A stretch of 64,000 bases of DNA from Trichosphaerium sp. ATCC 40318 (lineage: Eukaryota; Protista; Tubulinea): assembly GCA_038496445.1 (NCBI GenBank), contig JALMLS010000343.1, forward strand, positions 151,810-215,809, given 5' to 3'. Position numbers and translations under genes: made by a program. The notes under the pieces are model-generated. The model was not told where the DNA came from and did not search any database. It saw only the letters and a list, made by a program, of their open reading frames with translations. Every line of letters starts with the position of its first letter. Position 1 is the first letter of the stretch. This document shows, piece by piece, positions 14,412-27,008 of this stretch.

Positions 14412-15563
14412 TTACAAGATTATGCAGCGCTTATCGGGGTCATTGGTATTACCGCTTTGATGGCGTTTTATTTCATTTATGAGGAGTAAAAATGCTTGCT
14501 CTACAAAAAAAAATTAGAACAAGTAAACACAAGTGAACAACTACGCGCGAGAAAAAACGAAACCCAAGAAAAAACACAAGAATGTCGTGCGTGCAATAAT
14601 TTATACGCCTTTGCCAGTACGCCACAAAAAGGTAGTGATTATCACTACGAATTAGCGGCATTGCGTCATGCATTCACAAAAAAAAAAAGCAGAAAAAAAA
14701 AATCTCAAAAGTGTCTACACACTTTCAGAAAACTTTTTTTCTTGCGTACCAACATTAACGTTCTCTTTAGCACTAGTTTCTACAAAAGCACATCCCCATT
14801 CTTCCGCCTTTGCTTTTCCTTCTGCAGTAGTTACTTTCCTAAAGGCGCCAGGCTCGTAAGAATTGAAATCTGTGTAAAGAATAGTACTTCGTCACCAACA
14901 TACCTTTGCCCTTCTAAATCAATTTTATTGCCCACTAATATTCTTGGCACTGAATTGCATCCAGATTCGTTTAGAATCTTCTCATTGATTATCTCAAGCA
15001 TTTCAAATGAATCACGAGAGTTTACTAATGGTTTAGCGTAAGTTAACGCAAATTGAAGATAAAAATACAAAAAAAAAAGCAAAAAAAAAAAAAGGTTTTT
15101 GCTTTGATTCGAGTTTTACCTGCGTATATAAGGATATAACCATGCACACCAACTACGTAGCGGTTTGTAAAGGGCGAATATTCATCCTACGTCAGATGAG
15201 CGTAAAATCAGGTGCGTGTGCTTACTTGACCGGCTGTATCGAGTATTGCGGTATCATAACTAACGCCATTCTCCTCTATGACTTTGCGGAACGTGTCTTC
15301 AATTGTCTACGAGAAGGTTTTAGTGATCTGTTTTTACTTGCTTTTTTCGACTCAAGGCGAACAGGGAGATGTAGGAGTTACGTATATGCCTGTCACAATG
15401 GTTTTAAAAGACGTACTGGATGGTAATTCTCGCTGCAGCTGCCTTGTGTAAATTGCTGTGTTACGCTTGATTTGCCTTATTACGTGTTAATAGGCAATTG
15501 GAATTCTATCACGTATTTACCTACGGCTCTGAAGCCCATGACGACTACCTTTCTTGTCTTCAT
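14412..15563 (-). CDS. RHEB: Rheb-family small GTPase (multi-exon)
   Basis: MKTRKVVVMGFRAV|GKSS has the Rheb-specific Arg at the Ras G12 position. Also YHP|TIEDTF, DTAGQ|DEYS, ILVGNKID, ETSAK and C-terminal CAAX CIIL. Confidence 0.85.
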
Positions 15564-16344
15564 TGTTACAATATGTTTTGTAATTCTCCAGGAGGAGGAA
15601 TTACATCTTATGGCTCCTTTACAGGGCGTCAATTGTTTTTTTACTCAGGTTGAAAAATTAATTGCGTAGATTTTTTGCAGCATTCGAATAAAATTGGTAT
15701 CAGCGATGTATTCGCTGTAATCAATAGATCTTCAGGAACTATGCTATGCGCGACTTGACGTCGGGTCTTCCTCAGGCTTAACAGCTACAGTACCGGTTTT
15801 GTTGCAAAAAACAAGCTTTTTGTTGCACTTATTCTTAGGCTATTCACTCGGAGCACTATGGAATGTAGTGCGCCTAACGCAATTGCTATCTAAATATTAA
15901 CTACGCCATCACGTGTGGCTACCACAATCTGACCCGCTCGCACTGTAATGTTATCTATTGTAACTAGTAACAACGAAGCGTCAAAATTGAGTGACGTAAT
16001 GTCACGTGTTGTTTCTGTAACAGCATCGTAAATGTTGCGCTCGGGAGTTGTTTGTGTTTCCAAAACTAATCGAGTCTCTGGAACAAATGAGAGCGAGCGT
16101 TTTTAGACGTCACGCAACCTCTAAAAGGCGTCATTCAAGCTACAAGGAGCCCGACGCCAGTACGACCTTACACGCCAAATAAGGGTAAAAAGATTGCTCA
16201 CGTGAGGTAAGGTGCCTGTGGGAGCGGTAGCAAACAAAAACCAGCTCCAGCTGAAAGATTTCAGGTGCGCTGAGTGAAGTGTGAACTACGAAAACTCATA
16301 AAAAATCAATCGATTCAAATCAATTTGGCGACTAGAGATAAACA

Positions 16345-18241
16345 ATGCCTAGAAAGGTACGTACTTGATTTTAGTCGTGTTGCGCCAAAATATCAACCTC
16401 AACCAGTTACTACAAGTGCTAAACGATACGTCCTACCACTGTAGTACCTGGTGTTGGTGCCGTGTGTGCCGTTGCGGCTTCCAAATGCGTTCTTTTTTGT
16501 ATTTATGCGAAACACAGTAATGTTGCAAATTCTATCAGAATAAGCTATTTTGATGCTTTTGTTTGTGTTTTCGTGCCGTTGAGTCTTTCAACGGTTAGTT
16601 TTTTTTCATCGCCAAATTTTTTTACCGTTACATGTGTTTTGGTACGTACTAGTACCCATTCCCTTTAAAACCTAATTTTAACTCGAAACGCGAATTATGG
16701 GTTTCCAGCTCTACAAAAAGTGCAGTACTCCTTTTTAAAAGCTCGCCACAGGCCTTTTTTCTCTAATTACCATAACTGCAGCTCTGTTGAGTATTTTATA
16801 ACGCAGGACGATGTGTTTAACACAAACGTCGTTGTAGACCAGCCAATCACATTAATTTTTTTACAAAACGAGCACCAAAGCGCAACAGCCCCTAGTTTTA
16901 TACTTCGAAAACAAAAGTTCAACTTTGCTTTTTAATCTCACTGCTACTTATAGAACGCTTCAGACCCTCAGAACCTCGTTGGTAAACGTGTAGAAATTTT
17001 CTGGGAGGATGAAGACGAGTGGTTAGCTGGTACCGTGACTAAATACAACAAGGTGCGATAAATAACTCTATCTACGCCATTGGTTAACGTTTCGACACGA
17101 CGCAAACTTTTTTTTTCGACTTTCTTTTCTTCCTTTCGCTTTTTTCTCTTCGTTTACTAACGCTTTGTTAGAGGAAAAAGCAATACGAGGTGAACTATGA
17201 TGATGAACCTAGCGATGAGGAGGATGTTTTGGAAGAGTACGATGAGGAGATTTGGAGAGTTATCGACGATGAAGATGAATCCGAAGACGAAGGTGAAGAG
17301 GACGTAGGAGAGGAATACCAAGGTGATGAGTATGAAGAAGATTCAGTCTCTGACACGAGAAAACGCAAAAGAAGCTCTAGAAGTACTATTTTACCGTAAA
17401 ATTTGTTTTCTGACCTGTTACAACTTAGGTTCTACTGGACCAAGTTCTAAGAAGCTAAGAAGAAGCCCAAGAGCACGTAAGCCAAGACGATCACGCGATC
17501 TTGACGATGAAGCGCCTGTTACTCGCAGACGCAGCTCGCGCACAGTACGCCTATCTTGCTTAGAGATGCTGTATTCACCAATTTTTAGTCTCCTGCCAAG
17601 AAAAAGCCAAAACCAAAGCCAAAAGCAAAGCCAAAGGCTAAGCCAGCAACTAGAGGCCGTAAAAAGGCACCACCTACAAGACGCAGGAGTGGTAGAAAAG
17701 CAGCTAAGAAAGAGGAATCTGTTGAAGAGTCTTCTGTACGTGGTAGCACTCATGCACGTCATGTTTGTTTTATTAACGCTTTGTACTTAGTCTGAAGATG
17801 AAGCACCTCCAACACCACGACGAAGCCCAAGAAAGAGCAGAGCTTCAAAGAAAAAAGAGCCTGAATCTGAATCTGAATCTGAATCTGAATCGCATGAAGA
17901 CAACGTAAGGGCTGCTGAAAGAAAACAAAAAAAAATATCGAACATTTTTTGAAGAGTTCAAAACCTTTCACCTTTTTGTTTATTTTGTGCTTATATTATA
18001 TATTTAGCCTGGTGAAGTAGTTGTCTATGACTTTTCTGCAAAGATACCTTCATGTAAATACGTCAAATCTGGATCAAAAGGGGATTTCAGCCTTGAGGCT
18101 GATGAAGAAGGTTATCAATTCAGTTTGAAGATTCCTATCAAGGGCAATGAAAAAACTAAATGGATGCAGAATCTATTAAATGAATGCTTCAAGGAGACTG
18201 GATTATCGGCGCTTCCTAAATTTAAAGGATTGGCAAAGTGA
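16345..18241 (+). CDS. Tudor-like domain nuclear protein with acidic and Arg/Lys/Ser-rich tracts (multi-exon)
   Basis: MPRK|NASDPQNLVGKRVEIFWEDEDEWLAGTVTKYNK|RKKQYEVNYDD fits the Tudor pattern. It is followed by an acidic tract, RKRKRS and RRSPR motifs, and a small C-terminal globular region. Confidence 0.75.
17863..17892 (+). repeat. (GAATCT)n coding microsatellite encoding an ES repeat
   Basis: About 5 copies of GAATCT inside an exon of the Tudor gene. Confidence 0.9.
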
Positions 18242-18853
18242 AAGTCTTTCTAATAGAAGAAAAACATGAATTGCTCAATGAGCGCCCAGGGTTTTTGTTT
18301 TGTTTGTAATACTTTTTTTGTTTTTTCAGTTAAAATAAAAAAGGCTGTTGTTTATGAATCACGTGTTGTTTGTATGAAATGGTGATTGGTAGTGAAGCAG
18401 TATTTACAAGCCTTGAAGATTATATTCTGATAAAAAAAGAGTACTTTTGTAGTTTGTTTTTGTTCAAACACCAAATCTTGTCCTAAATCGACTTGGTTTT
18501 TGTTGCACTGAGTTTCGTTTGATGTACTACTCAAATCTGTGGACGGCCTATTTATTTAGCGCCTAGTATGGTAGATTATGATCAATATTTATTAGTCAAG
18601 CACTCAACATTAACTCAATAGTTGTTTTTTGTCATCTGCAATCACAGATTTCCAATTGATCGCTACCCAACTCTATAAAGCGTAAACAATAGTCTTATAT
18701 GATGTAGTTAGGATGTCACATCCCTAAACAAGATTAGCGTTGCAACGTCTTATTCTTTGCTTGTTGTCTTTTGTAGGAACAAGCGCTCAAATTTGCTGGT
18801 TGCAAGCGAACTTAATTGTACCTTAAGTATCTAAACGCTTATTCTTGAGAACT

Positions 18854-19637
18854 ATGATGCAGCTATTAACTCTATTCGTTTTGTGCTTTGCTGTATTAAT
18901 ATCAGCGCAAACGAGACCACAACCTTCCGAAACATTCTCAGGTACGTCAAGCCAAAAATTACAAAAAAACTTTTCGCAACACGTGTTAACTAATACAAAA
19001 CGGTAGCCGTTACTGTTGTTGAGATTCAGGTCGCCGGAAAAAAGGTTCTAGGTAAAGGCTCAATAGCAAAAGATTATAAAAAAGGCATGTACGTTGCCAA
19101 AGAGACGTTTGAAGACGACCACGACTATGATTTCTACAAGTTGGAGCGCTTTGACCTGGTAAACAAACTTTTTTTTTTGTGAACGAACTTGGCCTTGTTT
19201 CTAGCTTCTCACGTTTGTTAAAGGGAAAATCTTACGATATCTCTGCAAATGGTACAAAGTGTAAGCAATCATCTTTGAGTGGTAAGATACCTTCTTCTTG
19301 GAGTTGGATAGCAGACGCTAAAAAGCTTGGTAAAAGACACTATCAAGGTTTAACAGTTGATTTATGGACATTAACTGTGCGTCATTTGTAAACAGCTTGT
19401 TTCTTTTTTTCTGACAGTTATCAGGTCGGAAAAACAACACATGGTATTGGAGTGGACGAGGGTTATCCCAATGCACCTGTTGTCATCATAGAGGAAAGTG
19501 CATTCGTCAACTATACAACACTGGTGAGTTTTTTTGTTTTGTTTGAGTACTAAATGACTCGGTTATAGATTATTGATTGGCAAGTTAGTGACCCTCCAAT
19601 GGCAAATTTTCAAGTACCAACAGAATGTAATAACTAA
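18854..19637 (+). CDS. Secreted ependymin-related (EPDR/LolA-fold-like) protein, copy 1 (5 exons)
   Basis: Signal peptide MMQLLTLFVLCFAVLISA, then QTRPQPSETFS. Beta-strand core, VDLW, and C-terminal PPMANFQVPTEC matching the F.vP..C ending of EPDR-like proteins. Confidence 0.65.
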
Positions 19638-21474
19638 ATTATTGCCCTCATGGCCATTGGTTACTAAAACAAACGCTTTCTTAGATATGTTTTTTCATGT
19701 TTTTTTATTTCTCAAGTTGCTTTTGGGAAATGACCGTGTACTTCATTATTGGGTGTAATTGGCTGCTTCCCAAACTATTTATGCTAGTACACTAAATGGG
19801 GCGAACCAAAGATCGAGATGAATCACATTCCATGCAGACACAGCAAAGGTTGGTTTTTTTTTGATAAGCGTGCGTTAATTTGAGGGATTGGTTGACAGTT
19901 GAAACAATTTGTTGTGATGAACAATTTATTCAATAGCTAAGTGCTTGGTTATTACAAATGGCTTGTAAGCGTTTCAAGCACGGAACTATTAGTGATAGAG
20001 CGTCAGCGCGTGTAGTTTACTTCTTATAACAAAAGACTGGCTCTTTTGAAATTTGCCTGGCATTTTGTGGCTCAAAGGTTCAAAAAAACGTGATTTGCTC
20101 CTTTGAACCTATGTACTTTCCTTTTAGCTGGAAAAGGTTGTTTTATTGTTTAAAACCATGGAAGAATACGTGCCATAGCGTCAGAACCCCGCTTGAATCT
20201 TTTCGGTTGTTTTCTGTTCATGATTCCAAACGTGATAGCGTCTTTTGGTTTGTTGTGTTCAGTGTGACATTCTTTGTATAACGTCGTGGCCATCACTTGT
20301 GCTGTTAGTGAATTGATGTCAAAGTATAGTCATAGCTACGCCAGACGCGCAGCATGCTTTGTGAGATGGTTTTGCAGAGCCACGAGCGAAATCACGCAAT
20401 TTGTGACGAATAATCTGCAATGGTTATGGAACGTACAACCAGCTTTGTTGCTTGTGGTTGAAGAGGTTTTTAAGCATGTACAACTTAACGTTGACTGCTA
20501 AAAAGTTGTAGATACATTCGTACCTCATCGTATGGCCGTACATGTGTAGCATAAACAGGTTGAGCATTTGCTGACAAATAAATTGAGACGGATGATTTTT
20601 TACTTACGTCCTGTGACCTTATGTGTAGCCTTCGTGCGTTGGTAGCGTATGAGACTATGAGCGAAGCTTAAATTAACTTTGTATCATTGGAAGAATCCCA
20701 AGCCATTGAGGTACGCCCTTGCTAGTACGGTGTGAGTGATATCAAGCTACTTGAAAAAGTAGTTAAATATAAACGGGTTTTAATGCTTCTCACCTCACGC
20801 AGTAGTCTTTAGATTAGGCGCAAACATATAGTCACTCATAGAGATTCAAAGCTCTGTAAAACACTGGCTACTTGCATCAACGAAATACGTTTCCAGTAGA
20901 ATAAAAAACTTTAAGGAGCATAAGGTTTTGTTTAAAAGCAATGCTAGGAGTCAACAGCATCAAAAGCCAGTTCATACCGGATTTAGTCCGCAATTCTACT
21001 TTGTACTTTTACGGTATTACTGTACAGAAAAAACCCCCGTTATGCGTAGGTGTGTCTGTGTTCCATACCGCACCAATTTGCGTCGTTTGTCAATAAATTT
21101 GTAAGCGGAAAAAAGGAATAATCGTTTAGTTGCACGTTTGTTGCAAAACATCGCCGAAATGGTTCTCACGCGCGTAAATAGGCTTAAGAAGGCTTTAAGA
21201 GTGTTTTGAAATGTGCATTATCCATATTTGAGTATTTTAAAAGGATATTTCTGTGAAGTGTATCCCACTATTTATTTTTTGGATAGTTCATCATGTATAA
21301 AAGTCAGGCAGTTTTTATTTCTAATGGATCGGCATCCTAGCGGTGCTGATCTGTCCTTCAATGGGCGCCGTCCACTGACTTATAGTTGCACGTTATTCTA
21401 GAACCTGATGTGCAATAGTCGTCGTAGGTCTTAAAGTGGCATAGGCGTCTAGTAAGGGCGATGTCTGGGATCCT

Positions 21475-21587
21475 TAAAGGTACGTTTCTAATCTCCCTAG
21501 AGGCACGACGGATGGATGACATGATAAAGGTACGTTGTTAATCTCCGTAGGTACAAGATGGATGGATGTCACAATAAAGATACGTTG
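21475..21587 (+). repeat. Imperfect 50-bp tandem repeat, about 2.3 copies
   Basis: Units TAAAGGTACGTT..TAATCTCC.TAG...GGATGGATG start at 21475 and 21525, with a partial unit at 21575. Confidence 0.8.
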
Positions 21588-21813
21588 TATAAAATATCAA
21601 AGTCCTGCAGGACTAAAGGCCAATGAGTGGCCGTGACTTTTTTATATTTTACATTCAAAAAAAAAATACCACAGCTTAGATCTGCCTCATATTAATTCGA
21701 GTATTTCGCGCTTATCTATAGTGTCTGTGGAAAGAGCAACATGGAAAAATCTTGCTGGCTCGTTAAGTTACCGCACCTTAAAATAAGTTTCAAAACGCAT
21801 ATTCTTGATAACT

Positions 21814-22594
21814 ATGATGCAGCTATTAACTCTATTCGTTTTATGTTTTGCTGTGTTAATATCAGCGCAAACAAGACCACAACCTTCTGAAACATTTTCA
21901 GGTACATTAAAGCCAAAAAATTACAAAAACTTTTCGTACCACGTGCTTACTACAACACTGTAGGTATCACTGTTGTTGAGGTTCATATCGCGGGGAAGAA
22001 GGTTCTAGGAGGTGGTACATTCGCAAAAGATTATAAAAGAGGCATGGAGGTTGCTAGAGAAACGTTTGAAAACCATGACTATGATTTCTACAACTTGGAG
22101 CGCTTTGACCTGGTAAACAAACTTTTTTTTTATGTCACGAAGTTGGCCTTGTTGACCACGTTTCTTAAAGGGAAAATCTTACGATATCTCTGTAAATAGT
22201 ACAAGGAGTTGTAAATCGTCGGATTTGCATGGTGAGATACCTTCCTCTTGGAGTTGGATAGCAGACGCCAAAATGGTTGGCAAAAGACACTTTCGTGGAG
22301 CAACGGTTGATTTGTGGACCTCAACTGTACGGCATTTGTCAGTTTGTTGTTTCTCACGTTTCTCAGGTTGGTAAAACAACACATGGTATCGGTGTGAACG
22401 AGGATAATCCTAATAGGCCTGTTATCATTGTGGAGGAGAGCGCAATCGTCAACTATACTGCATTGGTCAGTTTTTTTTTCTCAAATCTTTTTGATTTTGT
22501 ATATTACCATCTGACTTGGTTATAGATTATTGATTGGGAAGTTCACGAGCCTCCATTAGAGTATTTTCAAGTGCCAAAAGAATGTAATAACTAA
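21814..22594 (+). CDS. Secreted ependymin-related protein, copy 2 (tandem paralogue of 18854-19637)
   Basis: Same signal peptide, same four intron positions, recognisably homologous introns and 5' flank. Ends PPLEYFQVPKECNN*. Confidence 0.65.
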
Positions 22595-22738
22595 ACTTGT
22601 TACTCCCATTGCCATTCACTGTTTTCTTAATTTTTCTCAATAGTTCTTGTTTTTCGTTTTTTTTAAGGGCAGGAAGGAGTCACGTGAAAAAACCGCAACG
22701 ACAATAAGTAGCTTGAGTCTTTTATTGGATTCTTTAAG

Positions 22739-24095
22739 CTATACTTTTAAGTTACTCATATCTTTCTCCAGAGATTCTACTGCATTGTCATCTCCCTCTT
22801 TTTTGGTTGTGGGTTTTCCTTCTTCTTTCTTAGTTTCATCTTTCTTGTTTTCACCTTCTTCTTTCGTTGTTTTCTTGTCTTCTCCTGTTCCGGCTATTTT
22901 ATCGTACGACGCAATAATTTTAGGCATGATTTCTCCTATCTTACCACGAATAATTATATCAGCAATCTAAGAATAGAATATTGTAAGCAAAGAATTGGAT
23001 GTGAAAATCTACATACGTGGTCCATATCTGTTGGGTCTTTGTTCAAAAAGATGACTTTAGCGCCAGCCTTTTTAGCTGTCAATGGAAGCATGTTTGCTGG
23101 TGTTACAGTCAAAGATGATCCAGTCATTATGAGCTAGGTATTTAACATTAATGTTTAGGTACAAGTGTTAAAAGTGAACGTACCACATCGCATGTCTTAC
23201 AACTAATAATAGCATTTGAAAGAATATCATCGGGTAATCCCTCACCGAACATGATGACATCAGTCTTTACTTTGTTACTACCGCATTTAATACAAGCTGG
23301 CGGCAGTGATTTCTAATATTATTACTTAGTAAACGTCTTGTTGCACAATCACGTGATAAAAAAACCAAAAAAAAAAACCAAACAACTTTTATTTTCTCAA
23401 AAACAAATTAAAATACGCACTGTGAAGAATGCTTTCACCTCATCGGCAGTGTACTTTTGGGAACAGTTGAGACATGTTCCTGTTTTAGCGTGGCCATGTA
23501 CTTCATATACAACCTTACTTCCAGCTGCTTGATGAAGCCCTAAGATGCGGGTTAACCCCAACATGAAATGGGAAAGAAATTTAAAAAAAGAATCACAAAA
23601 AAATCCAGTTAACTCTTTTCTGAACTCATTCTGTACCATCAATGTTCTGTGTGATTATAGCCTTTACCTTTCCATATTTTTCTAATGTAGCAAATCCTTT
23701 ATGACCAGGGTTTGGGAATGCTTTGCTCAAAATTTCGCTAACGGCTTTTGACATGTCCCAGAATGGTTTAGGATCCTTCATAAATTGCTGTTTGACGCGT
23801 TAGCGTGAAAACCGAAAAAGAACCGAACCTGATAACTCGCACAAACGTTTGGATCAAATTTCGACCATAGTCCGCCCTTTAAGAACGTTTTAGAGCAAAT
23901 CAATGAGAAAATACCTACCTCTGAACGGAAATCGGGTATGCCACTCTCAACAGACATACCTGTGTTATCTTTAGCCTTTCAACGCGTATAAGAAGTGATT
24001 TATGTACCTGCTCCAGTAAATACAGTAACCGACTTGGATTTAACGAGTATTTCAGCTACTTGTTCTATTTGTGCGTCTATTGTTGGTTCTGCCAT
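22739..24095 (-). CDS. NAD-dependent deacylase, Sir2/CobB family (multi-exon)
   Basis: VFTGA|GMSVESGIPDFRS, IITQNIDG|LHQAAGS, EVHG, Zn-binding CLNC and CIKC, DVIMFGE, GSSLTVTPA, LNKDPT. Confidence 0.95.
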
Positions 24096-24652
24096 TGTGT
24101 AAATTTAGTTCTATTGAAATTTATTTTGTGCCAACCTTTTAAACGATTTCAATGAAAATAATTCTTTTGCAGTTAAAACTCGGCCAAGTTTGTTGAGTTG
24201 TGCCAACTTGTGTTTTTTAAAAGTACATTTAGGCTGTGTGTCTATGTCCCAAGGTACTTATTTCATACATGCGAAGGATGAGGGTAACTTGTAGGTATTT
24301 ATAAATGATGTTTCACAAAATGACATTAATGGCAAACAAATTTCTTCCAAAAAAAACAATAACAGGAAAAAAACCTAGCGAGCCGGCTGTGCTAATATTA
24401 CCTTGCTACAAACACGTGTTTGTACTTTTCGGTGCTATGTTAGTTGGTCCATCCATGTAACAATTTTATATACACTACTTTAACACGCATTTCGCCTTAT
24501 CCAAAATGCACGTGCTCTATGGTAGGGAGCTACGCAAACAATAATCGTTTGGTTTAAAATAGTACCTATCCTTATATCTTTATGATTAAGACGATTTCCA
24601 ATGTCACCAACCAATCAATGAAACGCGCTTGTGCCAAGATAATTTTTTATTA

Positions 24653-26817
24653 TCATTTTGCTAGTTGGATACTTTGACTGACTGCAGTGATGACTTGGTT
24701 GTTTGATAGTCTTAATGAAATCTTGAAAAAACACGTGTCACCTACGAAAGGTATACTTGTTTGGATTTTACCACCTGGTGGCGTATTGCTAACAAGTGTT
24801 TGGAATGGACCTGCGCTTGAATGAGAAACTTCCAAGCCAATAGTTGCTCCTTAATTTTCATCAGTTTGTAGTTAAGATGATTCGAATGTACCAGGTCTTT
24901 GAGCATCAGGGATAGTTGCTTGGTATTCTATGAATTGCACAGCAGGTGTAGATTTAAAAGTACGATCTTTAGGTAAGTTTATAAACCGAATATTTGGCAA
25001 AGTAGCAACGGAGGTCTCACGAAAGACGTCTGGTCTGTTTTTACCTAGGATTGTTTAGCTTTCTTTTTGGTTATTTTCTAGCTTGCAAAAGAAGACCGTA
25101 CTAATAGTCTGGACGATGGCAATATCTGCAAATCCATTGTGATCTATAAAGTAGATTTAATAAGTGATAGAAGTAGTGTCTTCGGGAAGTTGTCACAAGA
25201 AGAAAAATCTACTTTTTGTTGGTTTTTTATACACGTACCAACATCACCCACTGTCAAAGCGCGTCCTGTAGAAGCTTGTGGATCCGTATTTAAAGTATAT
25301 AGAAGTTCCCAGTCATTACTATTATATGTAAATATGGAAACTTTTCCAACTCCTAATGCAACAAGGTCATTTTGCCCATCATTATCCATGTCCCAAATCA
25401 TCGTCTCTAAGGATCAGCTGTTATCACAGTTATATCAAAATTTTTATTACACACCTCTATATCCGCTCTTATCGCTTCCATCAGGTAATCCAACAGAAAT
25501 ATTCTTCCACGCGCCATCCCATGTGTAAGCCTTACAATTGACCGTTAAAACAAATTTAAGTATTTGGCAGTTTTAAAACGCACTTGTATGCCTCCAGCGT
25601 TTGTACACATTACAATCTCATCGCCAGGACCTCCGAAAAAGTGACCTATTGAAGCACCGAAAGGACCAAAATTATTAGAAGGTAGCCCAGAAGTAATATC
25701 TAGACAGAAAAGAGTAAGATACTCATAGGTCAGTTGAAAACTTAGAATTTTGTTGAACCTTTAAATCCTCCTTTCCCATCCCCCATATACGCAGTACCCC
25801 TCGAGTTGCTTTTGTAAATTATTATATCAAAAAAAAATACAAGCAAGAACGTCAATACCTTGTCCCAAAATCGAGAGTTCCATCATTGTTAAAATCAGCA
25901 AATGAGAACCTAGCAATCAAAATCATTTAATACAAGTTCGCAAAGTGGATGTAGATTGTAGTACCACATATCTGAGTTACCACCAACCCAACCAAAAGAT
26001 TGCTTCCATTCGCCAGTTCCACGTTGGTTAAGGTAAATATGAGTCCCAGCACAGCACCCAAAGCTGTTGGAACCTATGTCGAGCCAACCATCGGAATCTA
26101 CATCTCCAAGATCAGTACCAAACATACCCCATTCTTCGCCTATGTCACGAACCAAGTAATAAGTATGTGAAGTGAGAGAAAGAAGAAATTACCGTTTTCT
26201 GCAAGGCCTTTGTTAAATGCTGTCCACTTTCTACCAGAACCATCACCCAAGCCAGCGCTTAGAATACGTTCTCCCAAAGGATCTTCTTTGTCATAGTCGT
26301 GGTGTACCCTATCGAAAACTTTAGTGCCATGAACGGAGGTGTTGTACCTACCCAAAGGCAGCATCAGGTTTACCGTCATTATTGATATCGCCAATTGCTA
26401 CGCCACCATATCCAAAACGACCTATCCTTTTTCGGTTAGATTGGAGCTCTTTTTTCTTGTGACAAATACGCACCGTACTGATACAGGTCCCAGTTGCCTT
26501 TACCGTCACCGAAGTAACTCATTATACCATGAATTTGGGTATTAATATAAGGCGAACCATGGTCGCCAACGCTAATAATATCAACCTGGAAGAAAGAGCT
26601 TGTTAACGGTTTTTTTTGGTGTTAATTTTTGTTTTTGGTATTTTTCTTAATTAATCACGTGATTGCTTACATTTCCATCCATATTAACGTCTGCCATCGT
26701 CAGTGTCGTTTTCCCTTTGTCCCACGCTATATTATGCATCCCCATTGAACTTTGCACGTATTCTAGACTACTTACAGCCAAAATACAAAGTGAGAAAGCT
26801 AATAAGAACCGTAACAT
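24653..26817 (-). CDS. Secreted FG-GAP/VCBS-repeat beta-propeller protein with C-terminal Ig-like domain (multi-exon)
   Basis: Signal peptide MLRFLLAFSLCILAVSS. Repeated Ca-binding loops ADVNMDGN, GDINNDGKPD, GDVDSDGWLD, ADFNNDGTLD and WDMDNDGQND. Confidence 0.88.
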
Positions 26818-27008
26818 TGAGAACTATACAAAACAATTTTTTGTGACAGATTTTCTAGAAATCAGTTTGACTTTGAAGCTCGAGTGTGACACTCCTTCAT
26901 TAGAACAAAGTGAATATCTTCAATACTGACTTAATACGGACACAAGCGTTAGAGATGGTGACTAGGTAATGAAGGCAATGCTGTGGCTTATGGTACACTG
27001 TTTCTATT

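Noticed and set aside
19700-21400. ORF fragments between the ependymin-like paralogues
   Set aside because: Short, interrupted and without recognisable domain, terminal repeats or transposase motifs.
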